From the NCBI RefSeq assembly GCF_026571515.1, contig NW_026865709.1:62001-126000 (forward strand): a stretch of 64,000 nt of DNA, read 5' to 3'. Below, piece after piece: positions 53,665-64,000 of the stretch; the stretch's first letter is position 1; every line of letters starts with the position of its first letter. Source of the DNA: Ruditapes philippinarum. Taxonomy: Eukaryota. The notes under the pieces were generated by a model. That model had not been told where the DNA came from and made no database searches. It worked only from the letters and a program-made list of their open reading frames with translations. A program made the translations under genes and the position numbers.

Positions 53665-54093
53665 CCTTTTCCCTTATATAAGCGTGTTTGGACGGCTTTT
53701 GCGGAGTCCCTCTGATCGCCAAGAAAATTTTGGACATGTGAGAGGCTGAATATGGCATTAGGTTGATCATAGGGTAATTAGTAACCGACGCTGAAAAGCA
53801 TTTTACTCTATCTCAATTCATTAAGAAGTTGCAGCACTTTGAAATCAGTTTTGATGGAAAAAAACAATGCAAAATGGTGATTTTTGGCAATTTTGAGACG
53901 TCCCCCCGTTGCCATGGTAACAGGAAATTTACGATTGAGCACGCTTTTACAGAGGCTATGGTCTAGTCAATATTTGTGCCAAGTTTCATCAGTATTGAAG
54001 CATTTTTCATAGTCTCATGGCAGTTTGAACTTGTTACAGGAGGCTTTTCAAAGAAAACGGCCAGTTTTCGCAATATGCTCATGGGGTAAAAGG
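53665..54093. mobile_element. piggyBac-like MITE
   Basis: TTAA|CCTTTTCCC ... GGGGTAAAAGG|TTAA: TTAA duplication with CC..GG termini. Confidence 0.65.
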
Positions 54094-55011
54094 TTAAGTC
54101 ATTCATGGAAAAATAAAATACATATTTGTTGGCAGTTTAGAGTTTGTAACATTAAACTATTAAGACCAAAATGCAAGCTAAATATTACATATCCCGTTCA
54201 TTGTTACTATGACATCATATTTATGTTAACAATGAAATCATAAAATATGTTTCATAAACAAAGTGAACCATAACGCTTCATCTGTTTATTAATATATTTA
54301 ATCTTACTTAACATGAAATATAAACCACTTTGACGATAATAATACTGGAGTTCATAATTTGAAATGTGTTAAATAAACACAGATGATTATTGTTTATCTA
54401 TTTTTTTTTCTTGACATTGCAAATATTCATTAAGTAAAATTCAATATAACATATATTTGTTTCACAAAGCGATATATCTAGCAATGCAAGTAATAAGAGG
54501 GATATAATTGTACCAAGATAATGTATTCAACAAATCGTTTCAAATCGACTGATATACGTTTTGTGTTAATTAGAATTCAAACTGAACGCAATTTATTTGA
54601 GGTGCGTTTAAACTAGCCATAACTATGTGTATTGTTCAAATATACGAGTATATATATCATGTACATGTATTTGAAACTAAATATTCATCTAAACTATACA
54701 TAATGATCCGTTGCCTGACTCGATTGTGCTTTTTCTTATATCTAAATAACATTTTTGTATCACCGTTCTCAACCACGAATCCTGTACAATTGTACATTAC
54801 GATGTAATTAACGAAGATCCAAGGTAAAATAAAAATAATACATGTGCTGTATGTATCCCAAAAAACAATCACGTCAACAAATAAAACAGAACAAAATCAA
54901 TTGTACTGAATGATTTTATGCTTAAAGCATTATCTATTTCTGTAGCTTTGTGTTTCCAGATTAATCATCTACTGTACTGACAATTGTCGGACAAGAAGAT
55001 TTATTGCAATT

Positions 55012-58000
55012 CTAAGTGTCAAGACTTAGTGTAGATGTTAATGTCGTCTCTTTATGGTACATAGATTTTGCTTGCCTCTTACCTGTCTGGCTACCATCCT
55101 TTTTTCTTAACTGAAACAATTTATATTTCTTACATTGCACAACACCTTTGCAAAGAAGTGGCCCATCCTTTTCTAAAAAGACAGCAGGCCACACAACGAA
55201 CTCTACATATGGACCAGACTCTATATATTCTTTGAAAGTATTTCCATCAAATATTTGGTCTGTTTTGCAGTTTTCAAGCGTTAGATATAATGGTGGGTCT
55301 TGTATTGCCATCAACCAGCATAATTCGAGACATTGCTGTACAAAAGGTTTGAATGCTTCGGATTCCAACAATGAGGATGGAAGGTGTTTGATCTTTCTTG
55401 ATAGAGTAACTTTGTATTCCTGTATAATTATATACATATATATGACAAAAAAGTTTCAAGGTCCGATAAACATTTTGTAAAATTTGCCAATATGTAATTT
55501 GCATTGCTTTATTTCATTCAAATACATCGGGGAAGTCGAAAACATTTGTATTTTCTCGCAAAACAACTAGGAAACAGAATTAAAAATTGAAGAATTGGTG
55601 AAATTGAGACAATATGCCATCATTTAAGTACCCGACTTAAGATAAAATGAACCATGAATGAATCTTTACTGAAGACAATTAAATATCATTGAAGTACTTT
55701 TACCTAATTTAACATAAAAGAACCTGTACTAAAGTCAATAGGCTATCATAAAAGTACCTTTACTAAACGCAATAAGCTATCATAAAAAGCCTGTACTACG
55801 TACAAAATGCTATCGTTAAAGTACCTTTACTAAAGAAAATATACTATCATAAAAATACTTTTCCTAAAGACATAAACCATCATGAAAGTACCTGTTAAAA
55901 TACAATAAACTGTTATAAAAGTACTTACCAGAACACAATAAGCGATCATAAATATACATATTCTAAAGATAGTATTATCAAACTAAAGTCAATATGCTAT
56001 TTTAAAGTACCTTTTCTAAGTCCATGCTTGGTTGTGGAACTTTTTTCCTCTGATCTTTTAATTGCTTTATGAGATCTCGTACTTTCTCTCTATTATGCGA
56101 ACTTTTCTGAAAATAACTCTTAAAATTTTGAAATGTTATTTTATGTTTACATCTTTTATGTAATAAAGTCATGTTTATATGCTTTTGATTAAATTGATGA
56201 CTATACAAAATCGTTTTAATTTTTTATACAGAAAAGTAAATTCTGACTGAATTATATAGTGATGAAGGAGTATTTGCAAAGAGGGAAGAAATCGATTTAC
56301 CCCGTAGAAATCTTCAAGTACTTTACGAATTGTATCTAGTTGTTTCGTGGCAGTTTCTGTCGATAGTGTGAATGCTTCCTAGATGAAAACAGAAACAAAC
56401 AGACATTTTCCTAGTTCAAATAAAAATTTATAAAAGTGTGATCAGGTTTAGTATAAAGAATACCATCGTCAATTTAGTGCGTGTTGTAATTTGACGTACA
56501 CGACTATAATGATTTTAAGTGAGAATACTATAAAGTTCCTAAGTTTAACAATATGTAAATGACCTTTGCCAAACCATAAAAATATATATAAAGATAAATA
56601 GTTAAGATAATAGTTTTGAAGCACCTGATGCTAGTTTATTTTATGAAAAATGCTTAGATAAATTTCGTTTTTTATTTCATTCTTAATCATGTATATCAAA
56701 CAGACAATGAATATGATTTTTGATTATGAAAATATTTTTTAATGATTGTTATAAACGTCATGTATGTAAAGGAGACGTAACAAGTAAATGAATAGATAAT
56801 AATATTTTCATTTTCAAGTACGGGCATACTTTTTCAGAACTTCAAATAAAAAAGCATGACTAAACTTATATAGAAGAAAACGTCGAAATAAGATTTTCTT
56901 TAGGGTATCCTTACACCGGGCGCATTTTGTTTAATATATTGGGTACCCAAAGAGGATATTTAATGTGTATATTACCTTTCTGGCGAGGTTATATCAATTA
57001 ATTTCGTCGATCAATATCCAATCAAAAAGGGGGAAATCTGTATAAATTATTACTTTTTTCCATTATACTTATTAGGTCAGACACTTTTACATGTATTATA
57101 GAAAAAGATTTTACAATCATATATTTGTTTATGTTTTTTTTATATATATATAAAGTGTAAGCATACAACAAGAATAGCCAGTAATGTATCTATGATGCGT
57201 TTTTCTACCGCATCTTTAAAGACATCAACAGTTTGTAGGTATGCGAAGGCATCCGTCCATTGGTTATCGTATAAGTCTGCATACTTTTCAGCAAGTTTGG
57301 TTGGTCTATTCTGGTCACTAAGATCTGCTATGTTAGCATTATTATCAGTTAGTCGTACACCTGTCATTTCACGTAATCTGAAATTATCGTTATATAGCAA
57401 TGTATGCTTCGTTAAAAACTAATTGTTTTTCCATGCAGTACAATATCATTATGCAGAATATTTGAAGAATCTTGAAACGCATGCTAATTCATAAAATCAT
57501 TTCAACTTCATGCAAGATTCACCCTATCAAGAAAACACACACACAAACACACACACGCACGCACGCACACACAAGCACAAAAACAACTAGGATTAATAAA
57601 GTTAATATTATTAATATTGTAGAAGACAATCATTATCCCGAGAGAAATATAAGGCAAAGCTTTCCATTTGCAAACATTTGATTAGCTAAAAACAATATAA
57701 TTATGTCATAATTTTTTAAATATTGCCTTCCTTCCAAAGTTTTATTGCATCTGTCCTGTGTTTGTTTGACTTCCTCCTCCAGTTCGTTATTTGTCCTAAC
57801 AAATACAAAGCAATTGACATATAGTTAAGTTTCTTTATTTAATAAAGCATTGCTGTCGATACCCGAGTTTGTTTACATGATATAAAAGGAATATAAAGAT
57901 ACCAAAGATGTGGTCGACTGGATGTATGATTGTTTGATACGGCAATGCTTAGATACATTAAACATAAAATTCTCTGATAAAATGGTATGAATATTGATTT

Positions 58001-61000
58001 GAAAACAAACATTATGTTTAAATAATATATATAATTAACTATTTTCAAATATGCCTTTTATGTCAAGTTCTTTTTTAAAGAAACTTGTTTGCATGATTTT
58101 AATGTAACCCATACTCTGCGAGCTGTTGTATCTTATCATTTCCTTTTCGAAGTTGATCTTTCAGCTGTTGCAATTCTTTGTTCTTTTCTTCAGTTTCTGC
58201 TTTAAGCTTGTCAAACTGGGTCCTTAAACAATACAAAGAGCTTATTACGAATCATGTCAAATTCAATTATAACGCAAAAATTATATCGATATTAGAATAC
58301 ACCTTTCAAAAACGACAGTTAGATAATAGTTAATTATGTTACATTTAAACTTACTTAAGTTGACAACGTTCCAGTTTCAAACGATTTCTTTCGGGTCTCG
58401 CAGGGTAGTTTCCAGCCATGTCAAATTCGATTGTTTTTATTTTCCTGCAATAATGTATTTTGATTGTTACAAACGGTTCTAATGTTCTTTTATTATAAGG
58501 AATTACTATTGTGACATTAGGAAATGCTTAGATACATTATACATAAAATTATCTGCCCAAATAGTATGAATATTGATTAAAACAAACATTATGCTTAAAT
58601 ATAGTATATTATTAACTATTTTCAAATATGCCTTTTATGTCAAGTTCTTTTTTAAAGAAACTTTTTTGCATGATTTTAATGTATCCCATACTTTTCGAGC
58701 TGTTTCATCTTATCATTTCTTTCTTTAAGTTGATATTTCAGCTGTTGCAATTCTTTGTTCTGTTCTTCATTTTCTGCTTTAAGTTTGTCAAACTGGGTCC
58801 TTAAACAATAGAAATCGCTTATTCAGAGTCAAGTCAAATCCAAATATAATGCAAAGAATAAATCGATTTTCGAATACACTTATCAATTCAAGTCCTTAAC
58901 AATACAGTAAGATTATAGCAATTATATTACATTTAAACTTACTTACTTAAATTGATAAAGTTTCTGTTTCAAATTATTTCTTTTGGATTTTACAGGGAAT
59001 TTTTTATCGATGTCAAGTCCCCTTGTCTTAATGTTCCTATAATAATGTATTTTATTGTTACAAACGGTTGCATAGTTTTGTCACTTTTTTTCCTCATTTT
59101 CTGTTATAAGGCATTACTATTGTGACCTTAAGAAATGTTTAGATACATTGAACATAAAATTCTCTTACGAAATAGTCTGCATATTGATTTAAAGGAACGT
59201 TATGTTTAAATATAGTACATGCATATAATAAGCCATTAATTTTACATGATTTACATCCAATTTTTCTATGCGTGTTTTTACGTTCTGAACTTATTTTCTG
59301 TGCGTGAAGTTTGATATTTATGCGTAAATCATACACATAATTGCTTGTGCGTGAAAGGGAACACTTATTTTTATCAAAACATCGGACAATGTTTTATATC
59401 ATATAACTAAGCTCTAGCTATCTCCATTTCGGAAAAAGAATAAAAAATCACCAGATTGGAGTTTATTTAGACCCCAGGGGCATAATTTGAATAATATTTG
59501 TAGTTGTCTAAAATGTTTCATGCAAAATATCTTGGTACTAGCCTTAGAAGCTTCCAAGAGGTCTTCTTGTTTGAAGTCAAAACCTAGGCTTTAGCCTGTT
59601 AAGAAAATCTATGTTTCCAAAGGGCAGATCCAATTTGACCCAAGGTTTATAAATTTAGAATGCTTGGTTTAAATGTCGACGGCATTTTTGTACATATTTA
59701 TAAAATACAGCTATAAGCACTTTTTTCATGTTAAACTGATAAATCCTGTGCTTAACAAGATCTGGAAAAGACCCATTTTTTGTGTGTGGATGCTAGTAAT
59801 TTACCATTTAAGACATTAAAATTGGCAATATGTTTCGTTCCTGTTTTGTTTCATGGTAAAGCTTTATAAATACGAGTAGAATATCCAATGTCTTTATAAT
59901 ATAATATGTAATTCTTCCAGAAGGATGATACAGTCTAAATACAGTAAGCCTGGATTGTTATTTTACTTGGCATACCTTAATTGTTTGTAGCATGTCCTTG
60001 TTTTTCGTAACTAAGGTTAGTTGCCAAAATGATTTTATTTTGTTTTAAAAAACTTATGCTGATAAAATCGTATTCGAACGTTTATAAGTATTTGCATATA
60101 TACTCAACACGCATTACACATTCTGCACATCTCTGAATTTGGAAGGTATTACCCTTATTTCAAACTAGGCCATATAGTCAAAATAAAAATTAAAAAACTT
60201 TCATGCACAGAAACACAAAAAGTCACAATTTCACAATAATGAAAATTAAAACCTAGGGTAACAGTATGGTTAAGTACTTTGTATTAAATTACATTTATTT
60301 AATATAAATGATAAAAAAATTGAATAAGACAATAAAACGAAAACCAATTACCCAATGCTTCAAAGTAAAAATTGAATTAAAATATATCGTACCTGTCCTG
60401 TAAAGCATCTGTTTTTGCTAAGATCGTTTTGTATTTGTCAGCAGCCTTTTCTTCTTTAAGAATGTTTTGCAAGTGCTCTAAATTTCTTCTCGCCATTTCT
60501 TCACCTTGGATCTTTTCTTTTTCAATAGTTTTACATGTAATTTCCAATTCTTTTATTCTTGCTTGGTGGCATTGATTTTCTTTTGAATATTGATTGACTT
60601 GGATCTTTAACTGCATTATTTCTGCCTGTTTTGACACAAGATCTTTTTCAACTTTCATTTTTTTCATGTTCTCATAATCTAACCTGAAAATAGTCCACCT
60701 CATACTTCAGGTTCACATTCTTCAATAAAAAAAATTGAACAGATAAATAGTATCACCTTCGGGAGCAATGAAATCAACAACACTATCTCACACATACACA
60801 GTCTTGTCAAATGCGATCGAAATAACATTCACTGTAAGATATAAATCATTTCAAAGAACCCTTGTATGCAACTAAGAATATCAAATATAAGATTAAAGTT
60901 AAGCACAGCATGCAATTTATGATAAAATTCTTTGAATCCATTTTCACCTGAAATAACCAATTTTACTAACTCCGTTTTGTTTTGCCAGGGTAGCTCTAAT

Positions 61001-62547
61001 AAAAACGTGTGCAAATAAATATTCTATCTAACAGTTGCTTTAACAGAATCACTATTAAAGTAGTAATCTAAAACATCAGTTACTTAAAATATAAAGACCT
61101 ACATCTATTGCACCTTGTAGAACAAGCATGCGCAGTGTTTAGGTTTAGGGGTTTTGTTTTCATAAAATTTATATTAATTAATATCTGAATATTATTTTGT
61201 ATTATCCATAATGATGTAATACTAAAAATAATTTTCTATATAATGATAAGGTCTAGATGAAAATGCCTTTATAAAGCGTTGAGGTTTTTTTTTTCATGTA
61301 TACGCACTAACTACATTATATATGCATATTATCCAGTCTGTATAAAATGCATTGAAAGTCTGTATTTTTACAGTAATTTCCCTTTTTAATGATTCATACG
61401 GAAAAATAATACTATTGCGCTTGGAACGTCTGATAGCATACATTACTTTCCCCTTCTAAAGTAAATATGACCGCTGGAATAAATAAGCTGGGAAGAAATA
61501 GAAAAGCAGAGAGATTTGTTCTGAATTTCAAAATATTTTTTTCAAAATTTCAACTTTAACCAATTTCGTTCGATTTTTTCTAACATTATTGACAGAACAG
61601 CGACACTGTTAATGCCATATGTCATTTTTCATTGTTAATGGCAAAGAAATATCTCATTAGGCGCCTCAGTGGAACCACCGATATTTCGTAAGCGAGAACG
61701 TTAACTGCCTGACATAAAAAAAGAATAAAGTTTCATAACCTCTGATCCCCTTTCAAAATTCCATTTTATTTAGTTCCGCCCATTGTTTTCTCGTTTAGCG
61801 CACACGCACTTTTTACTTGGGGACCTTATGCTGCTTTTCATGGAATTGCACTAACGTGTCACATTGAAGGTTCCATGATAAGAAAGCCTTATAAGAAAGT
61901 ATTGGGAAAAACAAATAAAATGGAATTTTGTAAAAAATAGGTAACAAGAACATTAAAAACAAACAAAAAATCAAGAATAGGTTTTTAACGTGGAAGTCGA
62001 CAGTCCGGACGAAAAAGGAGGAATTGCAACTGGTCGGTGAAAAACACTTTGCCTCGGTGGGGGCATTTGTACATAACGTAATCGGTGCGTTACAGGTTTC
62101 TGATTAATATGACGCTTATGATGGCAGCTATAAAACAAGATCCGTACTTAAAAAAAGTGTATATTTTTCTGGTCATTCTAGCTAAATCTTACTTATTTGT
62201 AAAAAGAAAAACCGCATAAACCTTCAATTCTTACAATGAAAAATATAACCCCTTACGTTAATTGCATCAATATTTTATAGGATCATTAAAATGGTAAATA
62301 AAAACCTATTAGAAGCTGATTTATTGCCAATTCCTACTATCTCATGGTTCTTCACAAACCGGTAATGAAGCTTGAAGCAAGTGCCACACATGTATCTACC
62401 ATAGACGCCACAATTAAAACAGAAGTACAATGCCGGTCTGGGTTCTCCATCGGCAACACAATGAAAGCATTTGTCTGTATCATCATCATTATCATTACCC
62501 CTAACTTCGTCACTTCCACATTCGTTTAAACTACTTGACATAGCCAT
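55012..62547 (-). CDS. B-box zinc finger + coiled-coil + Mieap-domain protein, 'gene 3', about 596 aa
   Basis: Exons 62547-62306 (CFHC..FCFNC..MCGTC..H..H B-box), 60683-60393, 59036-58947, 58799-58692, 58444-58355, 58222-58115, 57795-57727, 57377-57167, 56378-56301, 56106-56011 and 55419-55012; 1791 nt in frame if one GC-AG intron is accepted. Motifs RLTDNNANIADLSDQNRPTKLAEKYADLYDNQWTDAF, QCLELCWLMAIQDPP and FDGNTFKEYIESGPYVEFVVWPAVFLEKDGPLLCKGVVQ. Confidence 0.85.
55700..56020. repeat. Degenerate ~33-bp tandem repeat abutting and overlapping an exon donor site of gene 3
   Basis: CTATCATAAAAGTACCTTTACTAAAG-like units recur about 9 times; the last unit (AAAGTACCTTTTCTAAG, 56004-56020) contains the real donor of exon 56106-56011. 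Confidence 0.75.
57944..59215. repeat. Tandem duplication of a ~580-590-bp two-exon unit; homologous to 1-710
   Basis: Exon A at 58115 and 58692 (offset 577), exon B at 58355 and 58947 (offset 592); intron sequence such as AAATATGCCTTTTATGTCAAGTTCTTTTT is shared with about 300-330. Confidence 0.92.
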
Positions 62548-63582
62548 TCTATGAAATGAAACCTAAAGAAAAACGGCATAAAAAATAATTTGCAATATTT
62601 TCAATACTACTTTATGTTTTGTAGCAAAAGAAAAATGAATTAAAACTGCATTAAACCGGTATCTCACTGTAAAGGTAGAAAAAAAATCTGCAAAATCGAT
62701 CGATTTTCAGTTCATCTGTAAAGCTGTTTCTTAAAAAAAAAAAACAAAAAAAAAACGAAACACTATATCTATATGGTGATAAATACTCCTCATTGTTCTT
62801 GAAATAATTGATTTAAAAGTCAAGGCCTGCTGAAATTGTTCAACTTGGTAGTTCTCCCTAGCAGACACCATTAAACTTATGGACGTTTAAGTTTAATTCA
62901 ACGACTTGCACTTGACGACCAAAATAATTTTAAAGTCATTATCATATTTTAAATTATTAAACACGGCTGTTTTGTCATAAATCTTGTTTATCTCATTTCA
63001 CCTGAAGGGTCAAGACCATATCGAGGGGTGAAAGCGAAAAGGTTCTAAGTGAATTTTCCAAAATTTTACAAGAGAAGCAAAAAACTGTCTATGTTTGTTA
63101 AATAGCAAAAGTCCACAACACTTTGATTTTACACATAAAAATGTTTAAGAAACCTGTCTGTCAATGATAATAAAAATTCTTGGAAAGCCTTCACAAACAA
63201 GATATTCAATCAAATGTAACTTAGAACTGTTTCGCACTTAAAATTTCTTATATTTTGATTTTTTTGTTCAAAGCGAAAAGGTTCCAAGTGACATTTTGCT
63301 AGAACAAAAGCATGTTTTTTTTCTTATTTAATTTCGGATTGAGCAACATTTTGTCATTTCTAATTATTCAGTAAGAGATGGAGTATAAATTGCAAGATAA
63401 TTTTGATTTCATATTTTAGGTGTGAGACATTTTCTTACTCCATTTTCAAGATCATGAAATTTTAAGTTTGACTGTGTTTAAATTAGAAATTTATAATAAA
63501 GGTCTTAATTGGTAGTGTACAAATCTACCCCTGTTTAAAAAAACAAAAAAACAAAAACAAACACCAATTAATTTGATAATCA

Positions 63583-64000
63583 TTTTTAGCTGAACTTTAC
63601 CAAGTATATTGAGAGCTGTCCTACTCGCCCCGGCATCCGCATCCAGATTTCATGCAGTAAAATACTTAAGGTACAAAAAATGTATCAACTTCAAACTTCA
63701 AGCAGTAAAATACTTAAGGTACAACAAATGTATCAACTTCAAACTTTAAATATATGTTCCTACGGCCTTCGTGGTCAATTCTTATGCATCAAAACTCCAA
63801 ACCGGTGTTAAATAGCCAATAAACACCGCTAAGGCCGAAATTATTTCTTAATCATTACACACGTCGTGTTACATGGTACATAACTCAAGCATTACTACTT
63901 CCAGAATTATCCCCCCTTATAATTTGAATTTATGTTAATGAATGTTATTTTCTTTTTACTATAACTTCTTGTCATATGGATAAGACTTATAAAACACAGC
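63583..64000 (+). mobile_element. Probable HINE-type element head with a 48-bp internal duplication
   Basis: TTTTTAGCTGAAC...GAGAGCTGTCCTACTCGCCCCGGCATCCGCATCC head; GCAGTAAAATACTTAAGGTACAA.AAATGTATCAACTTCAAACTT duplicated at about 63654 and 63702. Confidence 0.5.

Noticed and set aside
55075-55090. Strong donor-like CAG|GTAAGA in the last exon of gene 3
   Set aside because: The frame continues to a stop at 55012 and I could not identify a convincing downstream exon; left unresolved.
24462-62547. Naming any of genes 1-3 as the SPATA18/Mieap orthologue
   Set aside because: Only the C-terminal domain resembles Mieap; the array looks like a lineage-specific expansion and orthology needs a phylogeny.

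Overview
AT-rich, intron-containing eukaryotic DNA, most consistent with a bivalve mollusc (an inference from the gene families and repeat types). One intact atypical Hsp70 of the HSPA12 type (+ strand, 4 coding exons, 16884-20700, about 580 aa) sits inside a tandem array of minus-strand coiled-coil genes. Three of these (24462-30469, 36807-42403, 55012-62547) end in a Mieap/SPATA18-type C-terminal domain. A fourth starts at 11244 with an MGCxxS lipid-anchor motif, runs off the left edge, and shares a two-exon cassette with the third. The paralogues carry different N-termini (lipid-anchor motif, plain coiled coil, acidic low-complexity region, B-box zinc finger); in two of them these are built from symmetric phase-2 exons. 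The shared C-terminal domain shows a GrpE-head-like residue pattern downstream of a long coiled coil, which suggests an undescribed linked HSPA12 plus GrpE-like co-chaperone module. This is a hypothesis from by-eye alignment only. Introns and intergenic DNA contain five long minisatellite arrays (46, 50-51, 52, 30 and 31 bp units), five unrelated non-autonomous TAY..RTA elements with 6-bp target-site duplications (IS3EU-type), PIF/Harbinger-like, piggyBac-like and Kolobok-like MITEs, Helentron-type HINE elements and foldback palindromes, including one four-level nest. All exon models were built by hand from splice signals and reading-frame continuity, without transcript data.
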